From positions 11,586 to 75,585 of the forward strand of contig CANQUI010000004.1 of assembly GCA_947626995.1 (NCBI GenBank): DNA of 64,000 nucleotides. The letters run 5' to 3'. The translations under genes were made by a program, and so were the position numbers. Shown here one piece after another: positions 10,416 through 17,621 of this stretch (its first letter is position 1; each line of letters begins with the position of its first letter). Source of the DNA: an uncultured Eisenbergiella sp. GTDB lineage: Bacteria; Bacillota; Clostridia; Lachnospirales; Lachnospiraceae. The notes beneath the pieces are model-generated. The model saw only the letters and a list, made by a program, of their open reading frames with translations, searched no databases and had not been told where the DNA came from.

Positions 10416-11404
10416 AGGGACTGGAGCTGTGCAGGCAATATTTTGAAAGCTGCGGAAAACCCATGCTGCAAGAGCTGGCGCGCCGCCATCCCGCTTTAAA
10501 GGGCTCCTTTTGCGCCGGACTCGTGGGACATGGTTCGGAGTGTCTGGGGTATGACGATGCGCTGTCTGCCGATCATGATTTCGGCCCCGCCTTTTGCGTC
10601 TGGCTGCCCCGTTCTCTGTTTGCCGCCTATGGGGAAACCTGCCGTAAGGCGTGGGAGGCAATGCCAAAGGAATGGGGCGGGTATTTGGCGCGGCAGACCT
10701 CGTTATTTGGCGGGGGACGAATCGGCGTCCTGTGTCTGGAGGATTTTTATTTCGGGCTGATCGGACGAGAGAGCGCGCCCGAAAAAAATGCCGAATGGAT
10801 GGCGTTGGCGGAGGACCGGGCGCTTCTGGCCACAAACGGGGAGGTCTTTTTGGACGAACCCGGCCTGTTTTCTGCGGTGCGCAGAAAACTGCAGGCCTAT
10901 TATCCGGAAGATGTGCGCAAAAAAAAGATTGCGGCCCGGGCGGCCACGATGGCGCAGTCCGGACAGTACAACTACAGCCGGCTCTGCCGGCGGGGCGAGT
11001 GGACGGCCGCCTTTTTCGCGCTGCAGGAGTTTATGAAAAGCACCTGCTCCATGGTGCATCTGCTCAACCACACCTATACCCCTTACTATAAGTGGATGCA
11101 CCGCAGCCTTCGGGATCTGCCCATCCTTTCGGAAATATACGGACTTTTGGATCAGCTTTGCGCGCCCTTCGACAGCCGGAACGCCTGGGAAACGGCGCAG
11201 GAATCCGATTTTTTATTGGGGCTGATCAACACAAAGGACAGCCGGGCGGTACTGATCGAAACGATATGCCAGCTGGTCATTCGGGAATTGGAAAGGCAGG
11301 AGCTGACGGACGCGCACGATCTTTATCTGGAGGCGCACGCGCTTTCCGTTATGAAGAAAATACAGGATCCAACGATCGCCTCTCTGCAGCTGATGGAAGG
11401 CTGA
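10412..11404 (+). CDS. DUF4037-family putative nucleotidyltransferase
   Basis: MKGLELCRQYF start; GLVGHGSECLGYDDALSADHDFGP, a Pol-beta NTase-like GS..DxD motif; QSGQYNY; YTPYYKW; ATGA overlap with the TPR gene. Confidence 0.8.
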   Translation: MKGLELCRQYFESCGKPMLQELARRHPALKGSFCAGLVGHGSECLGYDDALSADHDFGPAFCVWLPRSLFAAYGETCRKAWEAMPKEWGGYLARQTSLFGGGRIGVLCLEDFYFGLIGRESAPEKNAEWMALAEDRALLATNGEVFLDEPGLFSAVRRKLQAYYPEDVRKKKIAARAATMAQSGQYNYSRLCRRGEWTAAFFALQEFMKSTCSMVHLLNHTYTPYYKWMHRSLRDLPILSEIYGLLDQLCAPFDSRNAWETAQESDFLLGLINTKDSRAVLIETICQLVIRELERQELTDAHDLYLEAHALSVMKKIQDPTIASLQLMEG

Positions 11405-11420
11405 TGTCGTACAGAAGGAC

Positions 11421-11449
11421 TTGAAACATATGTTCGAATATGCTAGAAT
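11421..11449 (+). promoter_or_regulatory. SigA promoter with embedded LexA (SOS/Cheo) box
   Basis: TTGAAA (11421) - 17 bp - TAGAAT (11444) with TG extension; 11423-11436 reads CGAACATATGTTTC on the minus strand, matching CGAACRNRYGTTYC. Confidence 0.75.
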
Positions 11450-11795
11450 AAACAGTCGGGATCTTTCTCTGATCGCAGCGGTTCTGCTCATTTTTGGAAT
11501 CTCGGCGTTTTGCATTTTCCTCCTGTTTGCGGGACAAAAAAGCCGCTGGGTGATCGTGGAGCAAAACGGCGATTTGCTGGCGCGGATATCTTTGCAGGAA
11601 GAACGGACCGTCTCTTATACCTGTGAAGAGGGCGGGCGGCATGTGATAGAGATACAAGACGGCCGCGTGCGGGTCAGGGAGGCGGACTGCCCCGATCAGA
11701 TCTGCGTCCGACAGGGATGGCTGGAGAAACCGGGACAGCTTGCCGTCTGTCTGCCGCACCGGATGGTGGTGCGCATTGAGGGGGGCTTCTCATGA
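11430..11795 (+). CDS. NusG domain II-like protein
   Basis: N-terminal TM helix; IEIQDGRVRVREADCPDQICVRQGWL..PGQLAVCLPHRMVV; start 11421 (TTG) or 11430 (ATG). Confidence 0.85.
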   Translation: MFEYARINSRDLSLIAAVLLIFGISAFCIFLLFAGQKSRWVIVEQNGDLLARISLQEERTVSYTCEEGGRHVIEIQDGRVRVREADCPDQICVRQGWLEKPGQLAVCLPHRMVVRIEGGFS

Positions 11796-12298
11796 AAAAG
11801 ACGGCTGTGCTGGGTATGCTGGTCTGTGCCGCGATGATGCTTTCCTATGTGGAGTCTCTGGTCGAGCTGACGCCGTCCATCCCGGGGATCAAGATCGGTC
11901 TGGCCAATCTGGTCATTGTAATCTGTCTCTACCGCTATGGGGAACGGGAAGCGTTTCTGGTCAATTTAGCCCGCGTTGTACTGGGGGCGTTTTTGTTTGG
12001 CAGTCTTTTTTCCCTTTTATACAGTCTGGCGGGCGCTTTTTTCTCTCTGGCCGCGATGGTGGCAGGAAAGCGGCGTCTGGGATTTTCCCTGGTGGGCGTC
12101 AGCGTCTGCGGAGGCGTATGTCATAATCTGGGTCAGCTTTTTATGGCGATGGCGGTGCTTCAAAGCGTCTGGGTGATTTTTTATCTGCCCTGGCTTTTGT
12201 TGGCGGGGTGCGCAGCCGGTATTTTGATCGGCATATGCGCAGGCAGGGTCTGCCGGCGGCTGCCCGGCAGCGACGATACGCAAGGGACAGAAAAGTGA
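11792..12298 (+). CDS. Gx transporter family protein (heptaprenyl diphosphate synthase component I-like, ECF S-component type)
   Basis: LSYVESL, PGIKIGLANL, GVSVCGGVCHNLGQL; family typically paired with NusG-II proteins. Confidence 0.85.
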   Translation: MKKTAVLGMLVCAAMMLSYVESLVELTPSIPGIKIGLANLVIVICLYRYGEREAFLVNLARVVLGAFLFGSLFSLLYSLAGAFFSLAAMVAGKRRLGFSLVGVSVCGGVCHNLGQLFMAMAVLQSVWVIFYLPWLLLAGCAAGILIGICAGRVCRRLPGSDDTQGTEK

Positions 12299-12308
12299 GG
12301 AGGAGGAA

Positions 12309-12905
12309 ATGTACGCGTATCTGATCGGAAAAGTGATGGAAACGGAAGAGGAGAACCTGGTGCTGGAAGTGGGCGGGATCGGCTATAATATAAAGGTATC
12401 CGGCAGCGTCCTTTCCAAGCTGCCTCCCATCGGTCAGGAAGTGAAGATCTATACCTATACCAGCGTGCGGGAAGATGCGCTGCAGCTGTTTGGTTTTTTG
12501 ACCAAAGACGATCTGAAAATGTACCGGCTGCTGATTACGGTCAGCGGGATCGGCCCCAAAGGCGGGATGGCCCTGCTGGGGGCCATGAGCGCGGACGCGC
12601 TGCGGATGGCGGTGATCGCCCAGGATGTGAAGGCCATTGCAAAGGCACCGGGCATCGGGACGAAAACGGCGCAGCGGGTCATCCTGGAGCTAAAGGATAA
12701 AATATCGGTGGAGGACGCCTTTACGGACCGGGAGGTTTTGCCTGCCGCTGCCGGGGAAGTTTCGGGACAGGCCAGACAGGAAGCGGTGGAAGCGCTGATT
12801 GCCCTCGGCTATCCCGCTTCGGACGCGATGCGGGCGGTAAAGGCGGTGGAACAAGACGACATGGACGTGGAAGCCCTGCTGAAAGCCGCGTTGCGAAAGG
12901 TATGA
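12309..12905 (+). CDS. ruvA: Holliday junction branch migration protein RuvA
   Basis: [48 protein letters not shown]. Confidence 0.97.
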   Translation: MYAYLIGKVMETEEENLVLEVGGIGYNIKVSGSVLSKLPPIGQEVKIYTYTSVREDALQLFGFLTKDDLKMYRLLITVSGIGPKGGMALLGAMSADALRMAVIAQDVKAIAKAPGIGTKTAQRVILELKDKISVEDAFTDREVLPAAAGEVSGQARQEAVEALIALGYPASDAMRAVKAVEQDDMDVEALLKAALRKV

Positions 12906-12909
12906 TAAA

Positions 12910-13905
12910 ATGGCAAGAATGATCGAGACAAACCTCACGGAAGAGGATATCAAAATAGAGGGAACGCTTCGTCCCAGATTTTTAAAGGATTATATTGGAC
13001 AGGAAAAAGTAAAGGAAAGTCTGAGCATTGGGATCGAGGCGGCCAGGCAGCGGAAAGAGCCGTTGGATCATGTGCTTTTTTACGGCCCCCCGGGACTTGG
13101 CAAGACCACCCTGGCCGGCATCATCGCCAATGAAATGGGGGTCAATATGAAGGTGACCAGCGGGCCGGCCATCGAAAAGCCCGGTGAAATGGCCGCCATT
13201 TTAAACAATCTGCAGGAGAACGATCTGCTTTTTGTGGATGAGATCCACCGGCTCAACCGCCAGGTGGAGGAAGTGCTTTATCCGGCCATGGAGGATTTCG
13301 CCATTGATATTATGATCGGAAAAGGGGCGTCGGCCCGCTCGATCCGGCTGGATCTGCCGAAGTTTACGCTGGTAGGGGCGACGACCAGAGCCGGATTGCT
13401 CACCGCTCCGCTGCGGGACCGGTTTGGGATGATTCAGCGTCTGGAATTTTATACCGTCCCGGAATTACAGGTGATCATCCTACATTCCGCCAGGATTCTG
13501 GGGGTTGAGATCGAACCCGAAGGCGCCCGGGAGCTGGCACGAAGGAGCCGTGGCACCCCGCGCCTTGCCAACCGGATTTTAAAGAGGGTCCGGGATTTTG
13601 CCCAGGTCAGATACGACGGCGTGATCACGGAATCCGTCGCCCATGTGGCCCTGGATCTGATGGATGTGGATAAGATGGGACTGGATCGGATCGACCGCAA
13701 CATGCTTTATACCATGATCGATAAATTCGGAGGCGGGCCGGTAGGCCTGGATACGCTGGCCGCCGCCATCGGGGAAGACGCCGGAACCATCGAAGACGTG
13801 TATGAACCCTATCTTTTGATGAACGGTTTCTTGGACCGTACGCCCCGGGGACGCATGGTGACGCGGCGCGCCTATCAGCATTTGGGACTGGACGCGCCCG
13901 AATAA
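12910..13905 (+). CDS. ruvB: Holliday junction branch migration helicase RuvB
   Basis: [38 protein letters not shown]. Confidence 0.98.
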   Translation: MARMIETNLTEEDIKIEGTLRPRFLKDYIGQEKVKESLSIGIEAARQRKEPLDHVLFYGPPGLGKTTLAGIIANEMGVNMKVTSGPAIEKPGEMAAILNNLQENDLLFVDEIHRLNRQVEEVLYPAMEDFAIDIMIGKGASARSIRLDLPKFTLVGATTRAGLLTAPLRDRFGMIQRLEFYTVPELQVIILHSARILGVEIEPEGARELARRSRGTPRLANRILKRVRDFAQVRYDGVITESVAHVALDLMDVDKMGLDRIDRNMLYTMIDKFGGGPVGLDTLAAAIGEDAGTIEDVYEPYLLMNGFLDRTPRGRMVTRRAYQHLGLDAPE

Positions 13906-13918
13906 CAGGGGGGACACA

Positions 13919-14524
13919 TTGAAAAAAGAACTGCAATATTTCGAGATTGAAAATTCGTTCGGAGGCTCTCAGGCGTGGTTTTTTGACCGCTTCATGAGAA
14001 TCGGCGGCTGCGCGGCGGCCGCCGCCTGCGACAGTTGTCTTTGCCTGGAACGGGAGCAAAAAATCCGCGGACTTTCTCCCTTTGACGGAAACGAGCTGAC
14101 AAAAGAACAGTATGTGTCGTTTTCCCGGATCATGAAACCCTACCTGCATCCCAGGCTGTTTGGCGTGAACCGGCTGGACCTTTATATCCGCGGCTTTGAC
14201 CGGTATTTGGCAAAACAGAACTGTGAGCGGCTCCGGATGGAGGGTTTTTCCGGCGATCGGAGCGCCAAGGAGGCCAAAGAAGCGATCCAAACACAGATCG
14301 ACGCGGCGTTTCCGGTTCCCTGTCTGACGCTGCAACACCGCGATCCCGGTCTGCAGGATTATGTATGGCACTGGTTCATGCTCACCGGATACGATTGCAG
14401 AAAAGATGCCTTTCTGGTCAAGGCAGCCACTTACGGACGGTTTCGCTGGATCGATCTGGAAGCGCTGTGGAACACGGGTTACAAAAGAAAGGGCGGCCTG
14501 ATCCTTTACCGGATCCGTAACTGA
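13919..14524 (+). CDS. Hypothetical protein, possible C39-like (papain-fold) cysteine hydrolase
   Basis: GGSQ...GGCAAAAACD and WHWFMLTGYD...ATYG resemble the Gln/Cys/His arrangement of C39-like peptidases; TTG start with GGGGG RBS. Confidence 0.6.
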   Translation: MKKELQYFEIENSFGGSQAWFFDRFMRIGGCAAAAACDSCLCLEREQKIRGLSPFDGNELTKEQYVSFSRIMKPYLHPRLFGVNRLDLYIRGFDRYLAKQNCERLRMEGFSGDRSAKEAKEAIQTQIDAAFPVPCLTLQHRDPGLQDYVWHWFMLTGYDCRKDAFLVKAATYGRFRWIDLEALWNTGYKRKGGLILYRIRN

Positions 14525-14637
14525 CCGCCCGCCGTCCGCGGCAGGCATACCGCCTCTTCTCCTTTCTTCTTTTTCTTCCTCCTATTTCTTTTTTTTCCGC
14601 ATTTTAAATTCCGCTCTGAAAAATGTCACATTGATTA

Positions 14638-14673
14638 TTGACAACTAATATTAGTGAGTATATACTAACTAAT
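14638..14673 (+). promoter_or_regulatory. feo promoter overlapped by a palindromic operator
   Basis: TTGACA (14638) - 17 bp - TATACT (14661); ATTAGT-G-AGTATATACT-A-ACTAAT palindrome at 14650-14673 covers the -10. Confidence 0.8.
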
Positions 14674-14713
14674 GTCAGAGATGACATATTACAGGGAAAG
14701 AGAGGAGAAAAAA

Positions 14714-14923
14714 ATGCCGTTGTCGATGGTAAAGGAAGGCGAGCCAAACAAGATCAAGAAGATATGCGGCAAGGAAGAGATTCGGAGGTTTCTGGAAAAT
14801 CTCGGATTTGTGACCGGAGGCGTTGTGACGGTGGTATCCGCTGTGGGAGGAAATCTTATTGTAAATGTAAAGAATACGCGTGTCGCCATCGGCAAAGATA
14901 TGGCGAACAAAATTATGGTGTAA
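14714..14923 (+). CDS. feoA: Ferrous iron transport protein A
   Basis: MPLSM...RFLENLGFVTG...NLIVNVKNTRVAIGKDMANKIMV. Confidence 0.92.
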   Translation: MPLSMVKEGEPNKIKKICGKEEIRRFLENLGFVTGGVVTVVSAVGGNLIVNVKNTRVAIGKDMANKIMV

Positions 14924-14938
14924 AGAAAGGATGAAAAG

Positions 14939-15160
14939 ATGAAAACATTGAGGGAAGTCGCGTGCGGCCAGACCGTCGTGGTAAAGAAGCTGTCCGGAGA
15001 CGGTCCGGTCAAAAGACGGATCATGGATATGGGGATTACCAAGGGGATCGCCATATATGTGCGGAAGGTAGCGCCGCTTGGAGATCCCGTGGAGGTGACG
15101 GTGCGCGGATACGAGCTGTCTTTAAGAAAAGCGGATGCGGAAATGATTGAAGTGGAATAA
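14939..15160 (+). CDS. feoA: Ferrous iron transport protein A (second copy)
   Basis: KRRIMDMGITKG...VAPLGDPVEVTVRGYELSLRKADA. Confidence 0.95.
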   Translation: MKTLREVACGQTVVVKKLSGDGPVKRRIMDMGITKGIAIYVRKVAPLGDPVEVTVRGYELSLRKADAEMIEVE

Positions 15161-15181
15161 GAATTTTTTAAAAATTTGCCC

Positions 15182-15201
15182 ATAGGTTAGCAAAGCCTAA
15201 T
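15182..15201. promoter_or_regulatory. DtxR/IdeR-like operator between feoA2 and feoB
   Basis: ATAGGTTAGCAAAGCCTAA matches 15 of 19 positions of TTAGGTTAGCCTAACCTAA. Confidence 0.55.
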
Positions 15202-15251
15202 AATGGGTAGAAGTTACAAACCAATATTTCAAAAAGAAAAGGAGCGATCAC

Positions 15252-17432
15252 ATGTCGATTAAAATTGCATTGGCAGGAAACCCCAACTGCGGAAAAACGA
15301 CGCTATTTAACGCGCTCACCGGTTCCAATCAGTTTGTGGGAAACTGGCCGGGCGTAACGGTGGAAAAAAAGGAAGGAAGGCTTAAGGGCGATAAGGATGT
15401 AAGGATCATGGACCTTCCCGGCATCTATTCCCTTTCGCCTTATACCCTGGAAGAAGTGGTGGCGAGAAATTATCTGATTACGGAGCGGCCGGACGCCATC
15501 CTCAATATCGTAGACGGCACCAATATTGAGAGAAATCTGTATTTGTCCACGCAGCTTCTGGAACTGGGGATCCCGGTGGTCATGGCGGTCAATATGATAG
15601 ACGCGGTAAAAAAGACCGGGGATGTGATACATACTGACAAACTCAGTGAGAAGCTGGGCTGCGAGGTGGTGGAGATTTCCGCCTTAAAAGGGATCGGTAT
15701 CCAGGAGGCGGCAGAAAAAGCCGTAAAGCTGGCCCGGCAAAAAAAGGCGGCGCCTCCGGTTTCTTCTTTTTCTCAAAAGGTGGAAGAGATCGTCGGCAGA
15801 GCGGAAGAAAGACTGACGGACGTGCCGGAAGAGCAGAAGCGCTTTTTTGCCATAAAGCTGCTGGAAAAGGATGACAAGATCCTGTCGCAGATCCGTCATG
15901 CGCCGGATGTATCCGATCTGATCCGTAAGATGGAGCAGGAATTTGACGACGATACCGAAAGTATCATCACCAACGAACGGTATGTTTATCTTTCCTCCAT
16001 CATCGGGGAATGTTGTACAAAGAATCAAAAGAGAGAACGGACGGTTTCCGACAGGATCGATCAGGTGGTGACCAATCGTTTTCTGGCTTTGCCGATCTTT
16101 GCGGCGGTGATGTTTCTCGTCTATTATATTTCCGTGACTACGGTGGGCACCTGGGCGACGGATTGGGCCAACGACGGCGTGTTCGGAGACGGCTTTCGCC
16201 TGTTTGGAATCGACATTCCCGGCATCCCGGTACTGGTGGGCAATCTGCTTGAGGCGGCAGGCTGCGCCGGCTGGCTGCAGAGCCTGATCCTGGACGGCAT
16301 TGTGGCCGGCGTGGGCGCCGTTTTGGGATTCGTGCCTCAGATGCTGGTACTGTTTTTTTTCCTTGCCTTTTTGGAGGCCTGCGGGTATATGGCGCGGGTG
16401 GCCTTTATCATGGACCGGATCTTCCGAAAATTCGGTCTGTCCGGGAAGTCCTTTATTCCCATGCTGATCGGTACCGGCTGCGGCGTGCCGGGGGTCATGG
16501 CGTCCCGTACCATTGAAAATGACAGGGACCGGAAAATGACCATTATGACCACGACCTTCATTCCCTGCGGCGCCAAGCTTCCCATCATCGCCCTGATTGC
16601 GGGGGCGCTGTTTGACGGAGCGGCCTGGGTTGCGCCCAGCGCGTATTTTGTGGGCATTGCGGCCATTATCTGTTCCGGTATTATCTTAAAGAAAACGAAA
16701 ATGTTTTCGGGAGATCCGGCGCCCTTTGTCATGGAGCTGCCCGCCTATCACATGCCCACGCCGGGAAATGTACTGCGCAGCATGTGGGAAAGAGAGTGGT
16801 CTTTTATCAAAAAAGCCGGCACCATCATTTTGTTGTCCACCATCGTGCTCTGGTTTTTGCAGGGATTTGGCTGGGTGGACGGGAACTTTACCATGCTGGA
16901 GGCAGAGCAGCTTGACAGCAGCATCCTGGCTTACATCGGCAGTCTGATCGCGCCGCTGTTTCTTCCGCTTGGCTGGGGAGACTGGAAGATGGCCGTAGCG
17001 GCGGTGACCGGTCTGATCGCAAAGGAAAACGTAGTGGGAACGTTCGGCATCCTCTTCGGGTTTGCGGAAGTGGCGGAAGACGGTGCGGAGATATGGGGAG
17101 AACTCGCCGGCAGTATGTCCGCTGTCGCGGCCTATTCCTTTCTGGTCTTTAATCTTCTCTGCGCGCCCTGTTTTGCGGCGATGGGCGCAATCAAACGGGA
17201 AATGAACAATATCAAATGGTTCTGGTTTGCCATCGGCTATCAGTGTGTCCTGGCCTACGTGGTATCCCTGTGTATCTATCAGATCGGAAGCCTGTTTACG
17301 GGAGGCGGCTTTGGGATCGGAACCGTGGCAGCGATTCTGCTCATCCTGGGCTTTTTATGGCTCCTTTTTAGACCTTACAAGGAGAGCGCAACCTTGACGG
17401 TAAACACAAAAAAACTGGCCAGTGTAAAATAA
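15252..17432 (+). CDS. feoB: Ferrous iron transporter B
   Basis: G1 GNPNCGKT, G2 NWPGVTVE, G3 DLPG, G4 NMID; Gate motifs GCGVPG, FIPCGAK, LLCAPC. Confidence 0.98.
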   Translation: MSIKIALAGNPNCGKTTLFNALTGSNQFVGNWPGVTVEKKEGRLKGDKDVRIMDLPGIYSLSPYTLEEVVARNYLITERPDAILNIVDGTNIERNLYLSTQLLELGIPVVMAVNMIDAVKKTGDVIHTDKLSEKLGCEVVEISALKGIGIQEAAEKAVKLARQKKAAPPVSSFSQKVEEIVGRAEERLTDVPEEQKRFFAIKLLEKDDKILSQIRHAPDVSDLIRKMEQEFDDDTESIITNERYVYLSSIIGECCTKNQKRERTVSDRIDQVVTNRFLALPIFAAVMFLVYYISVTTVGTWATDWANDGVFGDGFRLFGIDIPGIPVLVGNLLEAAGCAGWLQSLILDGIVAGVGAVLGFVPQMLVLFFFLAFLEACGYMARVAFIMDRIFRKFGLSGKSFIPMLIGTGCGVPGVMASRTIENDRDRKMTIMTTTFIPCGAKLPIIALIAGALFDGAAWVAPSAYFVGIAAIICSGIILKKTKMFSGDPAPFVMELPAYHMPTPGNVLRSMWEREWSFIKKAGTIILLSTIVLWFLQGFGWVDGNFTMLEAEQLDSSILAYIGSLIAPLFLPLGWGDWKMAVAAVTGLIAKENVVGTFGILFGFAEVAEDGAEIWGELAGSMSAVAAYSFLVFNLLCAPCFAAMGAIKREMNNIKWFWFAIGYQCVLAYVVSLCIYQIGSLFTGGGFGIGTVAAILLILGFLWLLFRPYKESATLTVNTKKLASVK

Positions 17433-17464
17433 ACGTGTTATAGTCAGAGCAGGAGGTATTGGAA

Positions 17465-17599
17465 ATGGGAACGGCTATTGTGCTGATCCTCTTAGCGGCC
17501 GCCGTCACGGCGGCGCTAAGAAGCATGATCAAAGAGAAAAAGAGCGGCAAATCACTCCAGTGCGGCAAGGACTGCAGCCATTGCAGCGGCTGCCACTGA
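17465..17599 (+). CDS. FeoB-associated Cys-rich membrane peptide (44 aa, missing from the ORF track)
   Basis: MGTAIVLILLAAAVTAALRSMIKEKKSGKSLQCGKDCSHCSGCH*; RBS AGGAGGT at 17451. Confidence 0.85.
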   Translation: MGTAIVLILLAAAVTAALRSMIKEKKSGKSLQCGKDCSHCSGCH

Positions 17600-17621
17600 C
17601 GCCGAAGAGGATTTTTTAAAA

